Counted from the first letter of the stretch, positions 21,085 to 31,822 are shown. The stretch: 64,000 nt of DNA from Candidatus Latescibacterota bacterium (GCA_965248265.1 CBDFJF010000002.1:1504001-1568000); one strand, 5' to 3'. A program made the numbers and translations. The notes: generated from the letters alone by a model not told the origin.

Positions 21085-24000
21085 ATGGAAAAGCCAGTAA
21101 CACAGGGCCAAATCCAGGTTCGCTCGATCGTCATATTGATCGCCGTTGTGTTGACGGTGACCGCGTGTGGTTTCTATGTGGTGTACCAACAAACGCTTGA
21201 GGGGCGCAAGGTGCAGCTGCAGGAGCTTGTTCGCTCTCAGGCGCGACTGATGGAAGCGGTCGGCAAGTTTGACGCCTTCTTCCACAGCGGCTTGGAAGCG
21301 GGCGCGAGCATGGCGGCCACTCTCAGCCAGTTCAAGGAGGCGCATCGCAAGTACACGGGCTTCGGTGAAACCGGCGAGCTGGTGCTGGGGCAAAGGAGAG
21401 AACATCAGATCGAGTTCCTGCTTCCGGTGCGAAGCCGCGACTTCCAGATTCCGCCTCCGGTACCATGGGACGGAGAGCTAGCAGGGCCGATGCGGTTGGC
21501 GCTTTCCGGCCAGTCAGGTGTGGTGGAAGCCCTCGACCACTCGTCGAACAACGTGTTGGCCGCCTACGAGTACCTCCCGTTTCTGGAACTAGGGCTCGTT
21601 GCCAAGATCGATAAGTCCGAGATCCTCACACCCTTCAAACGCGCGGCTGAGGCTTCAGGCATCATCGCCTTAATCGCCATAGGCATCGCGACGCTGCTCA
21701 ATGTTCGCAGCGTGGGACCATTGATCCGCAGTGTTACTGAGCGTGAACAGAACATTCGCACCCTCCTGGAGTCGACGCCGGACGGGATGGTGATCGTGGG
21801 CACCGATGGCCTGATCACGATGGTCAATGGCCGCACTGAAGTGTTGTTTGGGTACCATCGAACCGAGCTGATCGGTCAGCCCGTGGAGATGCTGGTGCCG
21901 GAGCGTTTCAAGGATCAACATCCCTCTCATCGGTCCGACTATCACGACCACCCAAGCTTGCGGGAAATGGGAGCAGGCATGGAACTCCTGGGATGCCGCA
22001 AGGATGGCAGCGAGTTTCCTGTCGAGATCAACCTGAGCCACATCAGCTCCGGCGGACAGACGCAGGTACTGTCAGTAGTCCGCGATATTACCGCTCGAAA
22101 GGAAGCAGAGAGAGAGCTTAAGAAGCTATCCCGTGCCGTTGAGGAGAGCCCGGCAGCCGTGTTCGTGACCGATCGCGACGGACGAATCGAATATGTCAAC
22201 AAGGTGTTCACCGACATCACTGGATATTCATTGGACGATGTCGTCGGCCAAAACCCGAGGCTGCTCAAATCCGGCGACCAGTCACCAGAGTTCTATCAGG
22301 AACTCTGGGACACGATCCTCGCCGGTCGGGCCTGGAGCGGGGAGATGGTCAACCACACCAAGGATGGGCACGACTTCTGGGCCAGTGAGCTAATTTCTCC
22401 ACTCACCGATGACGGTGAGGTGACCCACTTCGTCGCCGTTATGGAGGACATAAGCGCACGCAAGAAAGCAGAGGCACACGAGCACATTATCCACAGGGCC
22501 TCGCAGATGGCAGCAGAGACTGATTCGTTCGAGGCTTCCCTTCAGATGTGCGTCGATATCATCTGCGAGATGACCGGGTGGCCCGTCGGTCACGCCTACC
22601 TGGCCCCGAATGAGGAAACCGGCGGCGAGCGCCTGCAACCGACTGAAATCTGGCATTGTGACAGTCAGCGTCACGCCGAGTTCAAGGAAGTGACTGAGCG
22701 CACCGAATTTGCCAGTGGCGAGGGACTGCCCGGTCGCATCTGGGAATCGGGGGAGGCCGCCTGGGTCGTCGATGTTCAGAAAGACCCGAACTTTCCTCGC
22801 GCCAAACTGTGCGAAGAAATCGGTGTGTGCGGGGCTTTCGGATTCCCGATCAAGATTCGGGAAGAGACGGTCGCTATCCTCGAATTTTTCGCCGAGAGGG
22901 AGATGTCCTCCGACGAGGATCTGCTGCGAACGGTGGAAACAGTCGGGGAGCAGGTGGGGCGCGTGCTAGAGCGTCGCCGTGCGGAGAAGGCGATCAGGGA
23001 GAGCAAGAACTTCCTCCTCAGCGTCATCGACAACACTTCGGCGGCCATCTACGCCAAGGACCTGGATGGAGGGTACCTATTGGTCAACCGAACTCTGGCT
23101 GACATGGTCGGTGTTGAGCCGTCGGCAATGGTCGGCAGGACGCCCTTCGACTTTTTTCCGCCTGCTGTCGCCGAGCAGCATCTGGCCAACGACCGCCGAG
23201 TCGTCGAGGCAGGACAATCTTTGATCGAGGAGGAGCAAGCCGTCGTCGATGGGGTCGAGCGGACATTCCTCTCCATAAAGTTCCCGATCGTTGATTCGGG
23301 TGGTGATGTGAGCGCCATATGTGGCATGTCCACGGACATTTCAGAGCGCAAGCAAATGGAGCGGGATTTAGTGCTCGCCAAAGAGCAGGCCGAGTCCGCC
23401 ATGCAGGCGGCAGACGACGCCAATGCTTCCAAGAGCTTGTTCGTGGCCAATATGTCGCATGAGATCCGCACACCCATGAATGCGATCCTCGGGTTCTCGG
23501 AGATTCTTGGGGGGCTGGTTCGCGATGCACAGCAACGGCAATTCTTGGCGTCGATTCAGTCGAGCGGAAAATCCCTGCTGGGATTGATCAACGACATCCT
23601 GGACCTGTCCAAAGTGGAGGCAGGGAAGCTGGACCTCGATTACCGAGCTTTCGACGTCGCGGCTGTGTTTCGTGAGATGGAAGCCATATTTGCGCAGAAG
23701 ATCGCCGAGAAAGGGATTGACTTCGTCATCGAAATCGATCCGTCCGTGCCGAAGGCGCTGATACTGGATGAAACTCGTTTGCGGCAGATCCTGCTCAACA
23801 TCATCGGCAATGCGATCAAGTTCACGGACGAGGGTCACGTTGCACTGACCGCATTGAAGACGAATCCGGAGGCAGATGGCAGCAAGGTCGATCTCGTGTT
23901 TTCGATTCAGGACACCGGTGTCGGCATTCCCGAGGACCAGCAGGACAAGATCTTCGGGGCCTTCGAGCAGACGAAGGGGCAGAGCTACACCAAGTTCGGG

Positions 24001-24897
24001 GGCACCGGCCTCGGCCTGGCGATCACGAAGAGGCTGATCGAGATGATGAATGGCGACGTCACGGTGACGAGCCAACTCGGGGTGGGAAGCACCTTTCAGG
24101 TCGCGTTGCGAGGCGTGGATGTCGCTGCCATCGATGAACTGGCTGACGATGACGACCGTGCCAGTATTCAAGGGCTCGCGTTCGCCAGATCCAAGATCTT
24201 GCTCGTAGACGACATCGAGACCAACCGACAGCTGGTGTTGGCCTATCTACAGGAATATGACTTCGAAATGCTGGAGGCGACTAACGGTCAGGAAGCCGTT
24301 GATCAGGCAAAGAGGTATCATCCCGACCTTGTCTTGATGGATATGCGCATGCCGGTGATGAGCGGGTACGACGCTACTATCGCAATCAAAGATGATGACA
24401 AGACCAAGGATGTTCCAGTGGTGGCGTTGACCGCCTCTGTGATGAAGCACGACGAGGGCAAGGTTCGCGAGGTGTGCGACGGGTACCTGCACAAACCGGT
24501 GACCAAAGCACAGCTGGTCATGGAGTTGACGCGGTTCCTTCAACACACGCAGTCTGCGGCAGCGGCTGAGATGGCAGACCAGGTCTCCGCGGGCGCCCAG
24601 TGGGCACCGGAATCGCTGGACGACTCAGCGCGCGACAAAATTGGCGGGCTGGTGAAACAGCTTGAAGAACAACGTGCTGCGTGGGAGGATATCAGTGCCA
24701 CGCTGACGATCAATGACATCGAGGCATTCGCGGGGGGTATGCGGGAACGGGCCGCAGAGTTTGACTACCCACCTCTGCAGGAATGGGCACAGCGGCTGGC
24801 AGATCAAGCGAGCCAATTCGACCTGGCGGCGATGCCGGCAACGCTGGGGGAATTCCCCACCGTAATCGAGCAGGCCCAGAAGGTGGCGAAGGGATAG
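21085..24897 (+). CDS. Hybrid sensor histidine kinase (TM/Cache-like, PAS, PAS, GAF, PAS, HisKA, HATPase, REC, helical tail)
   Basis: [39 protein letters not shown]; GEGLPGRIW in the GAF. Confidence 0.95.
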   Translation: MEKPVTQGQIQVRSIVILIAVVLTVTACGFYVVYQQTLEGRKVQLQELVRSQARLMEAVGKFDAFFHSGLEAGASMAATLSQFKEAHRKYTGFGETGELVLGQRREHQIEFLLPVRSRDFQIPPPVPWDGELAGPMRLALSGQSGVVEALDHSSNNVLAAYEYLPFLELGLVAKIDKSEILTPFKRAAEASGIIALIAIGIATLLNVRSVGPLIRSVTEREQNIRTLLESTPDGMVIVGTDGLITMVNGRTEVLFGYHRTELIGQPVEMLVPERFKDQHPSHRSDYHDHPSLREMGAGMELLGCRKDGSEFPVEINLSHISSGGQTQVLSVVRDITARKEAERELKKLSRAVEESPAAVFVTDRDGRIEYVNKVFTDITGYSLDDVVGQNPRLLKSGDQSPEFYQELWDTILAGRAWSGEMVNHTKDGHDFWASELISPLTDDGEVTHFVAVMEDISARKKAEAHEHIIHRASQMAAETDSFEASLQMCVDIICEMTGWPVGHAYLAPNEETGGERLQPTEIWHCDSQRHAEFKEVTERTEFASGEGLPGRIWESGEAAWVVDVQKDPNFPRAKLCEEIGVCGAFGFPIKIREETVAILEFFAEREMSSDEDLLRTVETVGEQVGRVLERRRAEKAIRESKNFLLSVIDNTSAAIYAKDLDGGYLLVNRTLADMVGVEPSAMVGRTPFDFFPPAVAEQHLANDRRVVEAGQSLIEEEQAVVDGVERTFLSIKFPIVDSGGDVSAICGMSTDISERKQMERDLVLAKEQAESAMQAADDANASKSLFVANMSHEIRTPMNAILGFSEILGGLVRDAQQRQFLASIQSSGKSLLGLINDILDLSKVEAGKLDLDYRAFDVAAVFREMEAIFAQKIAEKGIDFVIEIDPSVPKALILDETRLRQILLNIIGNAIKFTDEGHVALTALKTNPEADGSKVDLVFSIQDTGVGIPEDQQDKIFGAFEQTKGQSYTKFGGTGLGLAITKRLIEMMNGDVTVTSQLGVGSTFQVALRGVDVAAIDELADDDDRASIQGLAFARSKILLVDDIETNRQLVLAYLQEYDFEMLEATNGQEAVDQAKRYHPDLVLMDMRMPVMSGYDATIAIKDDDKTKDVPVVALTASVMKHDEGKVREVCDGYLHKPVTKAQLVMELTRFLQHTQSAAAAEMADQVSAGAQWAPESLDDSARDKIGGLVKQLEEQRAAWEDISATLTINDIEAFAGGMRERAAEFDYPPLQEWAQRLADQASQFDLAAMPATLGEFPTVIEQAQKVAKG

Positions 24898-24901
24898 CCC
24901 C

Positions 24902-25453
24902 ATGAAACAATCAAACTGCGTCTACTGGCACGTCCCGCTCGGGAAGTGGTGTGCGATCGCAGCCATTTTCGCATTTCTGGCTGAGGCCGGGGCTCAAGAG
25001 GAATGGTTTCCGCACATGAAGGACGCCTACTGGCTGGCCGTCAACTACGGCATTGCCGATGAAGCCCAACGGCTGGGCGTGCGCATGGATTCGAAAGAAG
25101 CAGGGGGGTACGAAAACCTCGATGCCCAGATCGCCCAGGTACAGGAGTGTGCGACCGGCGGAGCGGACGGAGTGATTCTGGCCGCGATCTCGTACACCGG
25201 TTTGGACAGCATCGTAGCTGCTCTGGCCGAGCAGGGCATCCCTGTGGTGGACAATATCAACGGCATGGCGTCGGAACGCATTGCGGCCAAGTCTCTGGTC
25301 TCTTTTGGCGAGATGGGGTATAAGGCTGGACATGACTGTTTGCCCGTTGGCAATGGGGCGACCGTGTCGTCGACGCGGCTGGCATGTTCGACATGGTCGA
25401 GATATCGCGCAACCTGGTCTGCTACAGTGACGTCATCCACCAACTGGCAATGA
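24902..25453 (+). pseudogene. torT: Truncated TorT-like periplasmic binding protein
   Basis: FPHMKDAYWLAVNYG...EAGGYENL...VSFGEMGYKAG; similarity stops near 25330. Confidence 0.7.
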
Positions 25454-25463
25454 AGGAGCGCGC

Positions 25464-28196
25464 ATGACGCCGGGCCATTCTTCCAATGCCAACGGCCGGG
25501 TCTACCGCCTGGTTCACCAAAAGCCGCTGCTTGTTTTCGGGGTAATCCTCGTGATCGGGTTTGCGGCCGTGACCTACCATGCCACCCGCCTGTCCAGCAG
25601 TCTGCTGGAGTCCAGCGCTGTCAGCAACGCGAGACGGTACACTGAAGTCATTGCGGAGTTCCGCTCGCTCTACACCTCGGAAGTCGTCAACCGGCTGCAG
25701 GCCCACGCGGTGGACGTCACGCACGACTACGAGTCGACGGATGGAGCCATTCCGTTGCCTGCTACCCTCAGTATGTTGTTGGGTGAGCAGATCGGCGTTG
25801 GCGGTAGCGGCACCGAGTTTCATCTGTACAGTCCGTACCCCTTCCCATGGCGAGAGCATTCGGCAGGATTGAGCGACCGTTTTCGCAAGGAGGCGTGGAG
25901 CGCGTTGAGCGTAGACCCAGGAAAGCCCTTCTACCGATTCGACCAGTACGGAGGCAGGTCCTCGTTGCGTTATGCCACCGCAGATCTGATGCGCGCTGAG
26001 TGTGTCAGTTGCCACAACTCTCACCCGGATACTCCAAAAAACGATTGGCGCGCCGGAGATGTCCGTGGCGTGCTCGAAGTCGTGATGCCGCTCGAAGCGG
26101 TCAAGGAAGAGAGCAGAGCGGGTCTATGGGGGACTATCGCTTTGCTCACAGGCATGGGACTGCTGAGCCTGGTCTGCGTAGCCCTGGCAATACGTCAACT
26201 AAAGAGCGGCGCGCGTCGGCTGGAAAGTGAAGTCGAGGTGAGGACGGCTGATCTCCAGGACGAGATCCGCGAAAGAGAGGAGGCGGAGCGAGAACTCCGG
26301 ACGAGCGAGCTGCACAAAGGTGCTGTGCTGGATTCGGCCCTCGACTGCGTCATCGGCATGGATCACCGCGGCAAGATCACGGAATTCAATCCCGCGGCGG
26401 AGCGCACGTTCGGCTACCGGCGCGAGGATGTACTCGGTGAGGAACTGTCCGACAAGATCATCCCCCCCGATTTTCGGGAGAAGCACAAGAGCGGTTTGGC
26501 GCACTACCTGGCAACTGGCGTAGGGCCGGTACTCGGCCAACGCATCGAGATCACGGCCATGCGCCGCGATGGAACAGAGTTTCCGGTCGAGCTCGCCATA
26601 GTGCCGATCGACGTGGATGAGACGCCGCTCTTCACCGCCTACCTGCGGGACATTACGGAACGACAGCAGGCAGAAGAAGGCCTTCGCGAGGCGGTGGGGC
26701 GGGCTGAGTCCGCCAACAGTGCTAAGACCACATTTCTGGCGAACATGTCACACGAAATCCGCACGCCGCTCAACGCCATCCTGGGATTTACGGAGATTCT
26801 GAGTGGTCGAATCCAGGAACCACGTCAGAAAGAGTACCTGGATTCGATCCAGGCAAGTGGCATGGCGCTGGTGACGCTGATCGATGACATCCTGGACCTG
26901 TCGAAAGTCGAGGCTGGCATCCTGGAAGTGAAACCGAGTCCTACCGATGTGCGCGCCATCCTACAAGACACCGAGCGAATTTTCTCTCAAAAAGCTCGGG
27001 ACAAGGGGGTGAGACTCGATGTCGAGATCGATCCGGGCATGCCCGACGTGTTGGTACTGGACGGCGGCCGCACGAGACAGATGTTGACCAACCTGGTTGA
27101 TAACGCGCTCAAATTCACCCACCAGGGACATGTCCGGGTGACGGCTGCGGGGTCGCGCAAGACGGATGATGCCGCACATGTGGACCTGGTTTTGGCGGTT
27201 GCCGATACTGGCATCGGAATCCCGGACAACCAGCGCGAACGAATCTTTGGCGTCTTTGCACAGCAGGAAGATCAGAGCATCAACGAGTATGGCGGTGTGG
27301 GCAGGGGGTTGGCGCTGATCAAGGCGATTATTGATCGGACCCACGGGGAAATTTCGGTGGATAGCCAGGTGGGGGTAGGCAGCACGTTCACGGTAACCTT
27401 CCGGAATGTCGAGGTGGCCTCGGTGGAACAGATCGCCATGGCCGAGGCGGAAGATCTCGACCCGGACTCTGTCTCTTTCGATTCCGGCACCGTTCTGATT
27501 GCCGATGATGTCAGCGCCAACCGCGAACTGGTCAAAGGATTTCTGGATGGTCAACCGCTCAGCTTCATCGAGGCAGAAAACGGCGAAGAAGCGATCGAGA
27601 TGACCAAACGGCAACGGCCCTCCCTGATTCTGATGGACATTAAGATGCCGGTGTTGGACGGTTTCTCGGCGTCTCAGCGTCTGAAAGGGGATGAGCAGCT
27701 GCGGCAGACTCCGATCATCGCATTGACAGGCTCCGTGTTGCGCGAAAGCGAGGAGGAGATCCTGCGGGTGTGTGACGGATTTCTGCGCAAGCCGGTGACC
27801 CGGCAGGATCTGATTCGGGCGATGAGCCGCTTGATTTCCCATACTATAGAAAGGCAAGATGAGCCAACCTCCACAGATGCGGACAGCGAAAATGCAGTAG
27901 AGTGGTCAGTCGAGCTGCTCACATCCGTAGTCCGAGGGCGGCTCCCGGGACTGATTTCTGAACTCGAGGGCCAGCGGGGTACGTGGGAGGAAGTAGCCGC
28001 AACGTTGACGATCGACGAGGTCGACAGTTTCGCATCGCGGATGGTCGTGTTGGGCAAAGAGTTTGAGTACCCGCCGCTTTCCGGGTGGGGGCGGCAACTG
28101 GCCTCCCAGGTCGGTGCGTTTGACATGAATGGCATACGGGAAACGCTCTCGGGGTTTCCCGGGATGATAGAGGAGATCAAGTCGATCTCTGTTTAA
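25464..28196 (+). CDS. Hybrid sensor kinase with a periplasmic Tll0287/DUF3365 c-type heme domain, PAS, HK, REC, helical tail
   Basis: AIPLPAT, YSPYPFPWR, CVSCHNSHPD, DVRGVLEV; SHEIRTPLN; LMDIKMP. Confidence 0.93.
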   Translation: MTPGHSSNANGRVYRLVHQKPLLVFGVILVIGFAAVTYHATRLSSSLLESSAVSNARRYTEVIAEFRSLYTSEVVNRLQAHAVDVTHDYESTDGAIPLPATLSMLLGEQIGVGGSGTEFHLYSPYPFPWREHSAGLSDRFRKEAWSALSVDPGKPFYRFDQYGGRSSLRYATADLMRAECVSCHNSHPDTPKNDWRAGDVRGVLEVVMPLEAVKEESRAGLWGTIALLTGMGLLSLVCVALAIRQLKSGARRLESEVEVRTADLQDEIREREEAERELRTSELHKGAVLDSALDCVIGMDHRGKITEFNPAAERTFGYRREDVLGEELSDKIIPPDFREKHKSGLAHYLATGVGPVLGQRIEITAMRRDGTEFPVELAIVPIDVDETPLFTAYLRDITERQQAEEGLREAVGRAESANSAKTTFLANMSHEIRTPLNAILGFTEILSGRIQEPRQKEYLDSIQASGMALVTLIDDILDLSKVEAGILEVKPSPTDVRAILQDTERIFSQKARDKGVRLDVEIDPGMPDVLVLDGGRTRQMLTNLVDNALKFTHQGHVRVTAAGSRKTDDAAHVDLVLAVADTGIGIPDNQRERIFGVFAQQEDQSINEYGGVGRGLALIKAIIDRTHGEISVDSQVGVGSTFTVTFRNVEVASVEQIAMAEAEDLDPDSVSFDSGTVLIADDVSANRELVKGFLDGQPLSFIEAENGEEAIEMTKRQRPSLILMDIKMPVLDGFSASQRLKGDEQLRQTPIIALTGSVLRESEEEILRVCDGFLRKPVTRQDLIRAMSRLISHTIERQDEPTSTDADSENAVEWSVELLTSVVRGRLPGLISELEGQRGTWEEVAATLTIDEVDSFASRMVVLGKEFEYPPLSGWGRQLASQVGAFDMNGIRETLSGFPGMIEEIKSISV

Positions 28197-28216
28197 CCAA
28201 CCACAAGGGAATTGAG

Positions 28217-29215
28217 ATGGCTGAAGACAAGGGTCCGAGAGTTCTGATCGTCGACGACACGGTGCAGAACATCCAAGTGTTGGGCACGGTGCTGCGTGAG
28301 CAGAACTACCAGATCAACGTCGCCCAAAACGGGCTGCAGGCGCTGGAGTCGGTCGAAAAGGTTCGCCCCGATCTGATTCTCCTCGACGTGATGATGCCGG
28401 AAATGGACGGCTTCGAGGCCTGCAAGCGGCTGAAGGCAAACGACGAAACCAAAGACATCCCCATCATTTTTCTCACCGCGAAGGTCGAGACCGAGGATGT
28501 CGTGCACGGGTTCGATCTGGGGGCCGTCGACTACGTGACGAAGCCATTCAACGCGACCGAGCTGCTGGCGCGAGTGCACACCCATCTGGAGCTGCAACGG
28601 CTTCGTCGGGAGCTCGAGGAGTACAATCAGATGCTCGAGCAGAAGGTACAGGAGCGCACGGCCGAACTGCAGGTGGCACACAAGAAGCTGCAGTTGCAGG
28701 TGAAGGAGTTGGATGGCCGCGACAAACTCGGGCACGCGCAGACCTCGTGCGGGTCGATTGGTGAAGGCTACGAACGAATTCTCGAGGTGTTGCAGGAGGT
28801 GCTCGAAGTCGGCAAGGCGCGGATCTATCGCGAAGATGAGTCGGGGGCTCAACTCGCTGTTGTGGCCGGACTCGGGCTATCGGGACCCGGAGTGCTGCAG
28901 CAGGCAGAGGATCTGGGAGAGGAACCGTCGGTGGCTGCCGGGTCAGATTCCCCGGTTGCGCAGGCATTCGCCGATGGGAAACCACTTTCGGGGGACGAGG
29001 GAGAAGCCGTGGTACCGATCGCCTATGGTGACCACACACTCGGTGTGGTCAGCGTCGAGGGCATGGTCAGTGAGGATCATGAGCAGAGTGTCCTGCAGGA
29101 GGTGCTCTGGAGATTGAGCAGAGAGGCGGGTACCCTGTGCCACGCACTCGAGCTGAACAAGGATCTCGAAGCCGGCGATATCGATGTCGCAGCGCTGCTC
29201 GACATAGAGGAATAG
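28217..29215 (+). CDS. Response regulator (REC, coiled coil, GAF-like domain), no recognisable output domain
   Basis: LIVDD, LLDVMMP, GAVDYVTKPF; C-terminal VAQAF...VPIAYGDHTLGVVSV. Confidence 0.88.
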   Translation: MAEDKGPRVLIVDDTVQNIQVLGTVLREQNYQINVAQNGLQALESVEKVRPDLILLDVMMPEMDGFEACKRLKANDETKDIPIIFLTAKVETEDVVHGFDLGAVDYVTKPFNATELLARVHTHLELQRLRRELEEYNQMLEQKVQERTAELQVAHKKLQLQVKELDGRDKLGHAQTSCGSIGEGYERILEVLQEVLEVGKARIYREDESGAQLAVVAGLGLSGPGVLQQAEDLGEEPSVAAGSDSPVAQAFADGKPLSGDEGEAVVPIAYGDHTLGVVSVEGMVSEDHEQSVLQEVLWRLSREAGTLCHALELNKDLEAGDIDVAALLDIEE

Positions 29216-29250
29216 TCCCACTGCAATAACGGGCCGAACACTGAGAACGT

Positions 29251-31470
29251 ATGGCTGAAGAGAATACAACAGAGGAACAGGCTGCTGTCGATCCGGGTGG
29301 CGAAGGCGAGGGGGAGGCTGCTGCCGAACCGCTGTCAGCAGTCAATGCCGCGCTCGAGGATTCCGGAGGCGAGCTGGTTACGCCCGAAGAGGACAAGCGG
29401 CTGCACTGGATCGCCAGAGGGCTCGACCGTGAGCTCGAGCACGCCGTACTGCGCAAGGCGGGTGACGAGGCGGGCGCCGACGCGGGCCAGTGGTTCTATC
29501 AGCTCGATTTCACTGAGTGCACGCTGGCGATTCGGGCCGATTGCATGAAAGCGTACCTCGCCAGTGTATCGAAACTCGCCAGTATGTCCCGCGTTTCCGA
29601 TATCGTCGGGCAATCGAATTTTCGGCAGCTGAAGGAGCCGTCGAGCAAGGAGATCCGAAAGTCGTTGATGAGCTCACCCGTACGCTGGTTGCCGTTGTGC
29701 GACGGAGAGTCGCCGCAGGCGGCGGGGGCTACGACGCTGTGCATCCGTGGCGACACCGAGAGCGTGATCGCACGTGAGACGCTGGAATCGTTGTCCTCAG
29801 ATCTGAAGCAATTGTTCGACGCTGATTTCGCCAGCGAGGAATCAGCCCAAGACTACCGTGCCATCGTTGCCAGCGCCGATGACGTGATCGCCCGCGTAAA
29901 CCCGGATCAGGAGGAACGCGAAGGCGAGGATGTCTTCGGCCGGCCCATCACTCCTGACCACCGTACGGCCCAACCGGAAGTGGGCCTACACGTAGAGCGT
30001 GACGGGGACGAGTACAGGGCAAAGCGCTACGGCTATGTGGCGCTGTTGAAGAACAAACTCTCAGTAGTGTCGCCGCTGTTCACCGATTGTTACGTGACCT
30101 CCGTCCACTGGTGTGTGCTGGATCACCGCTCGGCGGAGGTTTCTGCCGCACACATAGACGAGTGGCTGACCGATCTGGGCGTCGTCGAGGGAGTCGAACG
30201 CACGGCCATAGAGCACATGGCGCAGCAGATCACTGCTGGCGAACACCGTCTCGGATTGCATCTGATTGCCAGCGGCACGCCTCCCGTCAACGGCAAAGAC
30301 GCCGAGGTCCAAATTCTGCTGGACCTACGGTCGCGCTCTGGTGAGCAACAAGACGATGGATCGACCGATTTCAAACGTGTGAATTTCAAACCAAACGTGG
30401 GCGAAAGGCAGGAGATCGCGCGTCTGACGCCGGCGACAAAGGGTACTGATGGTCGCGACGTCATGGGCAACGCCGTGTCATGCGTCGACGGCAAGCATCA
30501 CGCGCTCAAAGTGGGGGTCGGGGTGCAATCTACCAAGGATGAATACAGGGTTGAACACTACTACGGTGCGATCGAGGGGGCGTTGAAGTACACGAGGAAG
30601 GAAATCGCCGTTGTCGATACCCTGGTCATCGAGGGAGACGTAGGGTTCGAGACCGGCAATCTGGAGTTCAAGGGAGAGGTAATCGTCAAAGGATCCATTG
30701 GTCAGGGTTTCTCCGTCAAGGCGACCGGGGATGTGGTGGTTTTCGACAAGGTCGACGCGGGTGCCACCATAGCCTTGGGGGGTAATGTCCGAGTCGGCCG
30801 CGGTGTCATGGGCCGCAAGACGAAGATCATGGCTCTCGGGGACGTGCATGCCCAGTTCATTCACGACGCGCAGGTTCGGAGCTCGGGAGATATTCTCGTC
30901 GGCGATTTCATTCATCATGCAACCTTGAGGGCCGATGGTACTGTCGCCGTCGCCAAGAGTACCGGGCAGCGAGGGGGTATCCTCTGTGGTGGGCAGGTGT
31001 GGAGCCGGAAGGGCATCGCCTTTCACGTCGCCGGCAGCTCCAATGCCATGACCACGGAGCTGGCAGCGGGGGTCGATCCGGAGCAGGCAAAGGAGCTCGA
31101 TCTGCTGTCTCGCAAAATCGACGAGAGCAATAAACATATATCCAGGCAACTGTCTCGCTTTCATCTGAAGACCGTCGATGTGGCGGCTATCACAAAATTG
31201 CTCAGTGCTTCGACTGGCCCCCAGAAGAAGGTATTGGCGCGAGCGGCGAAACAGCTCGGTCAAATGGTTCAGCTTCACCAGAAGCTGGCGGTGTCGAAGA
31301 AGGAGATCGAGGACGCCATGGCCCGGGGACTCGATATGGCCTATATCGCCGCCGAGGAGCTTGTCTATCCCGGCGTTCAGGTCCGTATCGGCGACCACAC
31401 TCGAAAGATCACCGACGAGATGAAGAAGCCGTTTTTTAGCCTGTTTCAGAATCAATTGATGGATCACTAG
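29251..31470 (+). CDS. FapA/DUF342 family protein, long form
   Basis: GEDVFGRPI, ASGTPPVNGKDA, GRDVMGN, GDVGFETGNLEFKGEV, VYPGVQVRIG. Confidence 0.9.
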   Translation: MAEENTTEEQAAVDPGGEGEGEAAAEPLSAVNAALEDSGGELVTPEEDKRLHWIARGLDRELEHAVLRKAGDEAGADAGQWFYQLDFTECTLAIRADCMKAYLASVSKLASMSRVSDIVGQSNFRQLKEPSSKEIRKSLMSSPVRWLPLCDGESPQAAGATTLCIRGDTESVIARETLESLSSDLKQLFDADFASEESAQDYRAIVASADDVIARVNPDQEEREGEDVFGRPITPDHRTAQPEVGLHVERDGDEYRAKRYGYVALLKNKLSVVSPLFTDCYVTSVHWCVLDHRSAEVSAAHIDEWLTDLGVVEGVERTAIEHMAQQITAGEHRLGLHLIASGTPPVNGKDAEVQILLDLRSRSGEQQDDGSTDFKRVNFKPNVGERQEIARLTPATKGTDGRDVMGNAVSCVDGKHHALKVGVGVQSTKDEYRVEHYYGAIEGALKYTRKEIAVVDTLVIEGDVGFETGNLEFKGEVIVKGSIGQGFSVKATGDVVVFDKVDAGATIALGGNVRVGRGVMGRKTKIMALGDVHAQFIHDAQVRSSGDILVGDFIHHATLRADGTVAVAKSTGQRGGILCGGQVWSRKGIAFHVAGSSNAMTTELAAGVDPEQAKELDLLSRKIDESNKHISRQLSRFHLKTVDVAAITKLLSASTGPQKKVLARAAKQLGQMVQLHQKLAVSKKEIEDAMARGLDMAYIAAEELVYPGVQVRIGDHTRKITDEMKKPFFSLFQNQLMDH

Positions 31471-31489
31471 CACGGGAGTCGTCAACTCT

Positions 31490-31810
31490 ATGGCATGGGT
31501 CTACACCGCGGTCGCCCTCGGCATGCTGGGGATATTGCTTGAAATCGGTCGCTCTTATAGCAAGACGAGCAAGCAGTTGATTCTCGAGCAGAAGGACCTG
31601 TACCGGGAAATCGGGAATCACCGAAATTCGATCAACGTGCTGGAACGTGATAGGAAGACCGGCGAAGACTCAGTGGCGCGCTTGACGATGGAGAAGGGAG
31701 AGGTCTCGAAAGAGCTCAACTGGCAGCGTCAGAATCTGGACGATCTCTTGCGCAGAGACGCTGGCACTCGCCTGGGCCGCCCCAAGATCGATCGGGACGA
31801 GAAGGAATAG
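31490..31810 (+). CDS. Small protein, N-terminal TM plus coiled coil
   Basis: Hydrophobic N-terminus then heptad-rich charged region; operon position. Confidence 0.7.
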   Translation: MAWVYTAVALGMLGILLEIGRSYSKTSKQLILEQKDLYREIGNHRNSINVLERDRKTGEDSVARLTMEKGEVSKELNWQRQNLDDLLRRDAGTRLGRPKIDRDEKE

Positions 31811-31822
31811 GGTAGAAGGTCG

